DNA of 29,587 nt from a virus (lineage: Duplodnaviria; Caudoviricetes): positions 1 to 29,587 of IMG/VR virus record IMGVR_UViG_3300029448_000275. The stretch is one strand, 5' to 3'. Positions 22,361-29,587 of the stretch are shown in pieces. Under the pieces are notes generated by a model. It was not told the DNA's origin. It worked only from the letters and a program-made list of their open reading frames with translations, and did not search any database. Position 1 is the first letter of the stretch. Each line of letters starts with the position of its first letter. Position numbers and translations under genes: made by a program.

Positions 22361-23731
22361 ATGTCAGACAATTTATATTTTAGTAGAGATACGAAAGTAT
22401 ATATCGAAATTCTCGCGGCTAATAACAGTACTTCTGGTAGTGTTATATGGGAAGTTCCCGTACTGGAGGGATACTCCTTTAGCCAAGCTCAAAATGCTAC
22501 TGAAATTACACTGTCAGAGATGGAATCTTCTACCGGTGTAAGTAGACGTGGACGACGAAACTTTAATGATTCATATGCTCCCGCAGAGTGGAGCTTTAGT
22601 ACTTATGTGCGACCTTTTGCTTCTAGCGGATTTGACTCTTCAAACGTACATGCTGTAGAAGAAGTACTTTGGGGACTCTTTAACGGAAAAGCATATTGGG
22701 ACAATACTGCAAATGAGTTTAAATCTGCAGCAAGTGGAACAGCATATTCAGCACATAGTGGAACTACTGCTGTTTTTGACCTTGCTCAGTCGAATACTGC
22801 GGCTCTTGGAGAAGCAAATATTTATTTTGCACTTGGTGCAAATACTGCATCTACTCATACTGATAATGTTGCATCAGGCAGTGCTCAAACTGGCACTACA
22901 ATTACTCTTGACGGAGCCGTTGCAGTAGCAAATACAATTGCAGCTGGAGATGTAATGCTCTTTACAGGAGATAGTTCAGGAGTAACTGAGACTGCCACTG
23001 TAGTAACAGGAAATACAGCTGGTGGAACTCAAATTACTATTGCAGCTGCACAGGGTGGCGGTATTGCAGGTGGCGGAGCTGTTACTTTTCAAAGAGCAGT
23101 AACGTACAAACTTGAAAATTGTGTTGTAAACGAAGCTTCAATTGATTTTGATGTTGATGGTATTGCACAAATTAACTGGTCAGGTCTTGGTAAAATAATT
23201 TCAGAAGCAATTATTCCAACTCCGACTATAACTGCAGGAATTAGTTTAACAAGCAATTATATTCGTAATCGTCTTACGCAACTTACAATTACGCCTGCTG
23301 ATACAACAACTTTTGCAAGTTCTTATACTGCTACACTTACTGGTGGAAATGTTACTTTGTCTAATAATATTGAATACTTGACTCCAGTAACACTTGGTGA
23401 AGTAAACCAACCTTTTGCAGCAGTAGCAGGAAGTAGAAATGTTGGTGGAAACTTTACATGTTATCTAAATACAGGTAATGATGGTAGTGCTGACTTGTTC
23501 AGGGATCTTATCGATGCAAACACTGTTATTACAAACAGCTTTGACTTAAAGTTTGGAATCGGAGGAGCTGCTGGAGGTAGTGGCCCACGTCTTGAAATCC
23601 ACTGCCCAACTTCCCATATTGAACTTCCAACACACAGTATTGAAGATGTAATTTCATTGGATACTACATTTGCGGCTCTTCCCTCCACCATTTCTGGAGC
23701 AGACGACGCAACGTTAACCTATAGAGTATAG
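22361..23731 (+). CDS. Major tail tube protein (T5 pb6-like)
   Basis: RDTKVY, YSFSQ, PAEWSFSTYVRP, IDFDVDGIAQINWSG and YIRNRL motifs; AGGAG RBS. Confidence 0.9.
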   Translation: MSDNLYFSRDTKVYIEILAANNSTSGSVIWEVPVLEGYSFSQAQNATEITLSEMESSTGVSRRGRRNFNDSYAPAEWSFSTYVRPFASSGFDSSNVHAVEEVLWGLFNGKAYWDNTANEFKSAASGTAYSAHSGTTAVFDLAQSNTAALGEANIYFALGANTASTHTDNVASGSAQTGTTITLDGAVAVANTIAAGDVMLFTGDSSGVTETATVVTGNTAGGTQITIAAAQGGGIAGGGAVTFQRAVTYKLENCVVNEASIDFDVDGIAQINWSGLGKIISEAIIPTPTITAGISLTSNYIRNRLTQLTITPADTTTFASSYTATLTGGNVTLSNNIEYLTPVTLGEVNQPFAAVAGSRNVGGNFTCYLNTGNDGSADLFRDLIDANTVITNSFDLKFGIGGAAGGSGPRLEIHCPTSHIELPTHSIEDVISLDTTFAALPSTISGADDATLTYRV

Positions 23732-23747
23732 AACTTAAAAATATTTC

Positions 23748-23776
23748 TTGACTTTTTTGTTTAAATAAAATATACT
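23748..23776 (+). promoter_or_regulatory. sigma70 promoter for tail assembly genes
   Basis: TTGACT-17-TATACT. Confidence 0.65.
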
Positions 23777-23794
23777 ATGTAGTAGAAAATATAA

Positions 23795-23819
23795 AAGCGG
23801 GGGCTAAGTACCCCCGCTT
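23795..23819. terminator. Strong hairpin (terminator or processing/stability stem)
   Basis: AAGCGGGGG-CTAAGTA-CCCCCGCTT; no clear U-tract on the + strand. Confidence 0.55.
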
Positions 23820-23849
23820 CACCACTTAAATTTGAAAGGATCCTATGTT

Positions 23850-24272
23850 ATGAGCGACACCCCTGTTTCTTTAGCGAGTTTAATGACTCCAAGTAAAACA
23901 ATTTCAATTAATTTTCCCGGATATGAAGGTTTCACTGTAGATTTATGTCATTTAGCACGAGAAGAGTTAATAAAGCTACGAAAAAGGTGTCTTACAACAA
24001 AGTTTAGTAAGAAAACTCGTCAGCCCGAAGAGTCATTGAACGAAGAAATATTTATTGTAGAGTATTGTAAAGCAGTTATTAAAGGTTGGTCAGGCTTTAA
24101 ATATCGTTACCTAGAAGAGCTTCTTTTGGTAGATGTAGCAGCTTACGATCCGGATGATACCTTACTCTATTCTAAAGAGAATGCAGAGTTACTTATGAAG
24201 AACTCAACAGAGTTTGATACTTGGGTAACAGAGACAGTAGGTGATTTAGAAAATTTTACTGGGAACAAGTAG
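23850..24272 (+). CDS. Tail assembly chaperone (gpG-like)
   Basis: Lies between tail tube and TMP; IKGWSG...ENAELLMKNS.EFD.WV; ends in a slippery site. Confidence 0.85.
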   Translation: MSDTPVSLASLMTPSKTISINFPGYEGFTVDLCHLAREELIKLRKRCLTTKFSKKTRQPEESLNEEIFIVEYCKAVIKGWSGFKYRYLEELLLVDVAAYDPDDTLLYSKENAELLMKNSTEFDTWVTETVGDLENFTGNK

Positions 24273-24685
24273 GAGAAGTACAAACTCTACTTGAAAAATT
24301 AGTAAAGCAAACTACTAGTAAAATAGATGTAGATAAATACTTACTTATATGTGAACAGCTCGGAGAGGAGCCAGATCCCGAAAGAATGCCACTCGAACCT
24401 GCCGATTTTCCTGCAGAAGTTCAAGTGGCATTTTTTATATTTGCACTTTTATCTGATCGCTGGGAAGGAATGTCGGGATCCTACTTAGGAAAAGACTGGA
24501 CATGTTTAAATGATATATTTGACTTATATGAAGTTGAAGATCGACGAGAAGTATTTTATTTTATGAAAATGTACGAAAGTTTAATCGTTCAAAAACGAGC
24601 AGAGGAGCAAGAATCGCAAAGAAAAGCAGCTGAAAAGAAATCGGCAGGGAGTGGCAAGAATTATACTCATAATGTGAAAGGCTAA
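24251..24685 (+). CDS. Tail assembly chaperone gpT-like part, reached by -1 frameshift
   Basis: The -1 frame is open from 24245 to 24685; slippery heptamer A AAT TTT at 24251-24257. Confidence 0.8.
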   Translation, partial: KFYWEQVGEVQTLLEKLVKQTTSKIDVDKYLLICEQLGEEPDPERMPLEPADFPAEVQVAFFIFALLSDRWEGMSGSYLGKDWTCLNDIFDLYEVEDRREVFYFMKMYESLIVQKRAEEQESQRKAAEKKSAGSGKNYTHNVKG

Positions 24686-27600
24686 TGGCGAAGAGTAAAA
24701 TTGGAGTTGATTTTATAATCGATGACAAAGGTAATATACGAAAACTTGGAGATGCTGCCGAAAAAACCGGTCGAAAGGTAGGTAAGCTGGGCGAGAATTC
24801 TCGTACTGCCGATAGAAATATAAAAGGCGTTGCTTCCGCATCTGCAAATGCTACAAAAAACTTTTCAAAAATGGGACAAGGCATGGGTGGTCTTGTTGGT
24901 TTGTATGCAACTTTTGCTGCAAACGTATTTGCTCTAACAGCAGTTTTTGGTTTTCTAAAAGATATTGGTGACTTAGCCGCACTTGAACGTGGGCAAGCTG
25001 CTTATGCTTTAAATACCGGTACAAATATGAAGTTTTTAGCAAACAGTATAAAAGAAGCTACTGGAAGTATCATAAGCTTTCGTGAAGCTTCTCAAGCTGC
25101 TGCAATCGGTACGGCAGCTGGATTAACTCAAACACAACTCAAAGAAATTGCAACTCTTGCAAAAAATGCTTCCATAACCTTAGGGCGAGATTTAACAGAT
25201 TCTTTTAATCGTCTTACTCGTGGTATTATCAAAGCAGAGCCAGAACTTTTGGATGAATTGGGTATTATAATTCGTCTTGATCGAGTGATGAAAGAGTATG
25301 CTGCATCAATAGGTGTAACAGTAACAGAGCTAACACAATTTGAAAGAAGTCAAGCTGTTGCAAATGCTGTTCTTACTCAAGGAGGAGATAAGTTTCAAGA
25401 CATGGGAGATAATGTTAATGAAACATCAAAAGCTTTAGAAGCTCTAAATGAATTATTGGATGAAGTTAAAAGAAAACTTGCTCCTGTAACTGAAAGTGTT
25501 GCAAAAGGACTAACAGATGCACTTAAAAGTGCTGAAGCTAGCACTGTAAGTTTTGGTGACGTAGTTGGAGCATTGTTTGGAGGAGGTGTACTAGCAACGA
25601 TGTTTGGAAATTTTTTCTCATCAGCTTCAGAAAAGGTTGGACAAGGCGGAAAAAAGATATCAGAAAAACTTAAGGATCTATTTACAAATTCAGGCAGAAG
25701 TCTCCTTGGTGGTGCAAAAAGGCTTGTTCTAAGTGGTCTAGCAACAATATTTAGAACCTTTACAGCGAGAGTCACTGCAGGAGTATTGATTATGGACGCA
25801 GTTCTAGGCACAAAGATGATAGAGAAACTTACAGCAATTTTCAAGATGACAGACGAAGAAAAACAAAAACAAAATATATTTGCGGAGCAAAATGATAATG
25901 TTGATGCCTTAGTAGCTAACATGGAAACTTATCATGAAATGGGTCTCAAACCTGTTAATCGAACACTTCAAGATATGCTAGTACGATACAAGGCTCTTGC
26001 AGAAACAGATTTTAAAAATGTTGAGGATCTTGCAAAAGATTTTAGGGCAGGAAAAGTTCTTAGTTCCGTGGAGGAGCAAGATGACTTTGGCAGGACAGGC
26101 AGAACCATCACAACTTATGGTTTTGCCGGAGGATCAGAGGATATAGACCATAATAACGACCTTCTAAAACTGATGAATATCGAGTTAAGTATTGCTCGCA
26201 ATACTATAAGCCAAATGACCTTATTAAAAGACAAAATAGGCATGGAAACAGGAGCTGCCAGAGATTTAGAAAGAGCAACCATTACTTTAGGACAGATGGA
26301 TGAGTTAATGGAAAGAATAAATACAAATAAAGATTTTACAGATATTGCTGGGATGAATAAATTTAATAGTGCATTTCGTGAGTTCGGTTTAACAGTAGGC
26401 ATGCTTAGACAAGATATGGAGAACTTACAGGATTCAACTATTGTAGCAACACAAAAAGTTAGTCAAGGCTTAATTGAGCAAGCAGAAGCTTTTGATAAGA
26501 TAATGCAAGCACAAGGAGGCGCTGCTTCTGTATTTGATAAAACTCAAACACTTATAAGTACTAATATTAGGCTATTAAAAGACGCAGAAGCTATTGCTGG
26601 TGGAGATGGACTATCTAAAGGCAGAGCAGCTTTTGGACTTAGTGAAAGCGAATTTGCCAGTACAGCAAAAATTCTTGGAGATTTACAAGTTGAATCAATG
26701 AGCGGAGCAAAGATACTTGAAGCTTTAGCAAATAGATCTCTTGAGATAAAATCTCGTGAAGAAGCAATTAATATAAATGTTTTAAAAGCGCAAGAAGCGC
26801 AAGTAATTGCCTTAGGGAAAGCTATGACTTTTGAAAAAGCAAGAGTTCAAGCACAATCAAGTTATGATATAGCTAAGGCAAAAGAACTTAAATTAGTAGC
26901 TCAAATTGCTCAGGAGGAAGATGCACAGTTTGCATTAAGCGGAACAAGAACAAATTCAAAAATTGAACAAATGAAAATTCAATTAAATTTATCAGAGGCA
27001 CAAGTAGCTGAAGCACTAAAACTTTTAACGATAGAAAATAAAGAATCAGTTAAACTAGCAAGAAAAAATATTGATCAAATTAATTTTGACCAAAAAAGAT
27101 TATCAATACTGGAGTCCATCGAATCTGTAGAACGTAGAATTGCTAAGATAAAAATTAATGACTTAAATAGAAGTATTGCCGAGGAAGAGAGAAAGAGAGC
27201 AAACGATATACAAGCAGTAGAACTATCAGGTAAAGGTGATGTTCAAAAACGATTTGCACTAGAAAAAATCAATCGAGAGGCAGATATAGCAGTACTTGAG
27301 AAAAGAAAATCAATAATCGAAGAAGAAAAACTAGCTAAACTTGACGCTCTTACGCGAGAAGAGGAAATGCTTACCTTAAAGTATGATTTGCAAATAAATG
27401 AGCTTGAGCTACTGAAAGAAACGAGGGATATAGAAACTACCAGAATAGCCGCAATCGAGCAGCTAATTACTAGATTACAAGATGCAAAAAAAGGTTTATC
27501 AGGTGACGATGGAACAATTGAAGGGCTAAAAGGTGATGTTAAAGACGATGCCGAGAGCAAGACAAAGGATATTGATAGTCAAATAGAGCGATCTAGAAAA

Positions 27601-28200
27601 GCACAAAGAGAGATTATGGATATAAATCAACTATCACAGTCTGCAACAAATTCTCTGGCAGATGGAATGGGTCAAGCATTGGGCGATTTAATGACAGGAA
27701 CAAGTAGTTTTAAAGACGCATTTAAAAATATGGCTAAATCAGTTTTAGCTGACATAACACGAATGATTGCAAAGCAACTAGTTCTTCGTGCTCTTTTTGG
27801 TCCATCAGGACAAGGTGGCATCATGAGCATCTTCAGTAAAAAAGATGGAGGAATTATTCATGCTGCAAATGGTGGAATTTTTAAAACAGCACGAAATTAT
27901 GAGTACGGAGGTGTAGCTCGTGGCCCCACTCGAGGGCATCCTGCTATTTTACACGGAACAGAAGCAGTTGTTCCACTACCAAATAATCGTGAAATACCGG
28001 TTGAAATGAAAGGTATGCCTGCACAGTCCGGTGATACTACGAATGTTTCCATAAATGTTAACTCTGATGGAAGCATGAGCACCTCAGGTGATCCTGGGCA
28101 GGGAGAAGCATTAGGTCAATTACTAGCACGTGCTGTTCAGCAAGAATTACAGAATCAAAAACGATCGGGTGGTATACTAAGCCCTAATGGAGTAGCATAA
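24685..28200 (+). CDS. Tape measure protein (T5 pb2-like)
   Basis: 1171 aa, helical; KAEPELLDELGI motif, hydrophobic segments and C-terminal LHGTEAVVPL. Confidence 0.92.
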   Translation: MAKSKIGVDFIIDDKGNIRKLGDAAEKTGRKVGKLGENSRTADRNIKGVASASANATKNFSKMGQGMGGLVGLYATFAANVFALTAVFGFLKDIGDLAALERGQAAYALNTGTNMKFLANSIKEATGSIISFREASQAAAIGTAAGLTQTQLKEIATLAKNASITLGRDLTDSFNRLTRGIIKAEPELLDELGIIIRLDRVMKEYAASIGVTVTELTQFERSQAVANAVLTQGGDKFQDMGDNVNETSKALEALNELLDEVKRKLAPVTESVAKGLTDALKSAEASTVSFGDVVGALFGGGVLATMFGNFFSSASEKVGQGGKKISEKLKDLFTNSGRSLLGGAKRLVLSGLATIFRTFTARVTAGVLIMDAVLGTKMIEKLTAIFKMTDEEKQKQNIFAEQNDNVDALVANMETYHEMGLKPVNRTLQDMLVRYKALAETDFKNVEDLAKDFRAGKVLSSVEEQDDFGRTGRTITTYGFAGGSEDIDHNNDLLKLMNIELSIARNTISQMTLLKDKIGMETGAARDLERATITLGQMDELMERINTNKDFTDIAGMNKFNSAFREFGLTVGMLRQDMENLQDSTIVATQKVSQGLIEQAEAFDKIMQAQGGAASVFDKTQTLISTNIRLLKDAEAIAGGDGLSKGRAAFGLSESEFASTAKILGDLQVESMSGAKILEALANRSLEIKSREEAININVLKAQEAQVIALGKAMTFEKARVQAQSSYDIAKAKELKLVAQIAQEEDAQFALSGTRTNSKIEQMKIQLNLSEAQVAEALKLLTIENKESVKLARKNIDQINFDQKRLSILESIESVERRIAKIKINDLNRSIAEEERKRANDIQAVELSGKGDVQKRFALEKINREADIAVLEKRKSIIEEEKLAKLDALTREEEMLTLKYDLQINELELLKETRDIETTRIAAIEQLITRLQDAKKGLSGDDGTIEGLKGDVKDDAESKTKDIDSQIERSRKAQREIMDINQLSQSATNSLADGMGQALGDLMTGTSSFKDAFKNMAKSVLADITRMIAKQLVLRALFGPSGQGGIMSIFSKKDGGIIHAANGGIFKTARNYEYGGVARGPTRGHPAILHGTEAVVPLPNNREIPVEMKGMPAQSGDTTNVSINVNSDGSMSTSGDPGQGEALGQLLARAVQQELQNQKRSGGILSPNGVA

Positions 28201-28574
28201 TGGCGATAGGCTTTGTAACTTTAGACAGTGTAAATAGAATACCTGACAAAGGCATGAGAAAAAGCAGTAAGCCCAAAGTACTTTTAGCACAGTATGGAGA
28301 TGGCTACGAGCTTCGAGTTCGAGATGGAATAAATAATGTAAATGAAATATATACTGTTAATTTTTCAAGAAGACCAAAAGCAGAAATTGACAAAATTATA
28401 GATTTTCTTGACTCAAAAGCAGGTACAGATAATTTTACTTTTACTGTACCTGATTCTGCAGCAGGAGGAGGTGAATTAGCAATTAAGGTAGTTTGTGACA
28501 CATATTCTCATGTATTTGATTATGATGAATACTGGAGCGCAACTGCAACATTTAGAAGAGTTTTTGAGCCATGA
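28200..28574 (+). CDS. Distal tail protein (lambda gpM-like)
   Basis: QYGDGYELRVRDGINN...ATFRRVFEP. Confidence 0.85.
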   Translation: MAIGFVTLDSVNRIPDKGMRKSSKPKVLLAQYGDGYELRVRDGINNVNEIYTVNFSRRPKAEIDKIIDFLDSKAGTDNFTFTVPDSAAGGGELAIKVVCDTYSHVFDYDEYWSATATFRRVFEP

Positions 28575-29587
28575 CAAACAATGTAATAGCAAGTGACTTA
28601 CAAAAGCAAGATGCAGGAGGAGCAGGTTCAGAGTTAGTAGAGCTTTTTATTTTAGAACTTCCAGATCATCTTTCTACAGAATTTAGTCGTATTTATTTTC
28701 ATGCGGGAACTCTTGATTCTGGAGGTAGTCATGGAAGCGTAACTTTTAGAGATCGTGAACAAGATCCTTTGACGGGAAACTACGAACTTCGAACATATAT
28801 TCCGTTACCTATGAATATCACAGGAATTGCCTCAGAAGCAGAAGGAGTAACTCCAAGACCAAGTTTAACAGTTGCAAATTTAAGTAATATATTTCGTGGA
28901 GCACTTGGTGAATACTCAAACGAAGACTTAATTCGATGCAAAATTATACGAAGAAGAACTTTTAAAGATCAGTTGGCTACTGGTAGTAACACAGCTCCTC
29001 CAATAGAGTTTCCAGTTCATAGTTATAAAATTGATAGAATAAGTAGCGAAACTGCAGAATTAGTTGCTTATGAGTTAGTTGCACCGTACGATTTAGAAGG
29101 AATAACACTTCCTCGTCGAGAAATTATTGGCAAGTACTGTTCATGGATTTATCAAGGATTTAATCATACGCCTCGAAAAGGAGCTTGTCATTGGGAATTA
29201 GATGGATTATATCGTGATATAGTACAACGGCAAATTCAGACTATTACTGAGAGTACGTCACCTGATCAGTATGTAATTGCTGTAGGAAATAATCACGGCT
29301 TTGCCGCTAATCAGTATGTAACATTTGGACGTATAAATGGAGGCAGTAACTACTCTTTAAATGGAAAAGTGTTTGAAATTGAACAAACAACAAATACAGA
29401 AATTAAAATTCCAATTACTGATGTTGATGGAACAACACATAGTTTTGCAAGTGTTCCTGCACATATTGCTGATACGGGATTTATTCGACTAAATTCTACA
29501 ACAGGTACTCTTCATAATTTTTATTTTGACAAAGATGATACTCCTCTTGTTGCTGCAAGTTTATTTGGCAATAACGTTGTTGGAGAT
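28571..29587 (+). CDS. Baseplate hub/minor tail protein L-like (runs off window)
   Basis: MTNNVIASDLQKQD...LVELF...PRPSLTVANL...RRRT...YEL..P.DLEG.TLPRR...CSWIYQG; ATGA overlap with Dit. Confidence 0.85.
   Translation, partial: MTNNVIASDLQKQDAGGAGSELVELFILELPDHLSTEFSRIYFHAGTLDSGGSHGSVTFRDREQDPLTGNYELRTYIPLPMNITGIASEAEGVTPRPSLTVANLSNIFRGALGEYSNEDLIRCKIIRRRTFKDQLATGSNTAPPIEFPVHSYKIDRISSETAELVAYELVAPYDLEGITLPRREIIGKYCSWIYQGFNHTPRKGACHWELDGLYRDIVQRQIQTITESTSPDQYVIAVGNNHGFAANQYVTFGRINGGSNYSLNGKVFEIEQTTNTEIKIPITDVDGTTHSFASVPAHIADTGFIRLNSTTGTLHNFYFDKDDTPLVAASLFGNNVVGD

Noticed and set aside
15259-28501. Numerous antisense or alternate-frame ORFs inside structural genes
   Set aside because: Shadows of codon bias in long genes; no RBS or motifs

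Overview
A 29.6-kb segment of a lytic T5-like (Demerecviridae-like) siphophage, probably infecting an aquatic proteobacterium. The host inference rests on a proteobacterial-type IscU/IscA and on sigma70, sigma54 and IHF consensus sites. Left part (1-4170): holin and lysozyme on the minus strand, and a divergent operon carrying ribosomal protein bS21, a MazG-like pyrophosphatase, IscA, IscU and small Cys-containing proteins. Middle part (4170-10760): a T5 pre-early/first-step-transfer-like region transcribed leftwards. It holds three full A2-like genes plus a C-terminal-only A2-like mini-gene, a HAD phosphatase, a T5orf172-type nuclease and a very acidic micro-protein. It also holds two promoter-driven structured ncRNA candidates, a 35-bp-period repeat array, and a palindrome-IHF-triple sigma54 site at the junction with the late region. 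Right part (10830-29587): the late region. It runs TerS (apparently leaderless), a ~3-kb insert of small basic, membrane and metallothionein-like genes, TerL, HNH nickase, portal, an in-frame protease-capsid fusion, neck genes, tail tube, -1-frameshifted tail chaperones, tape measure, Dit and a partial gpL-like hub. All calls come from reading motifs and synteny by eye; no searches were run.
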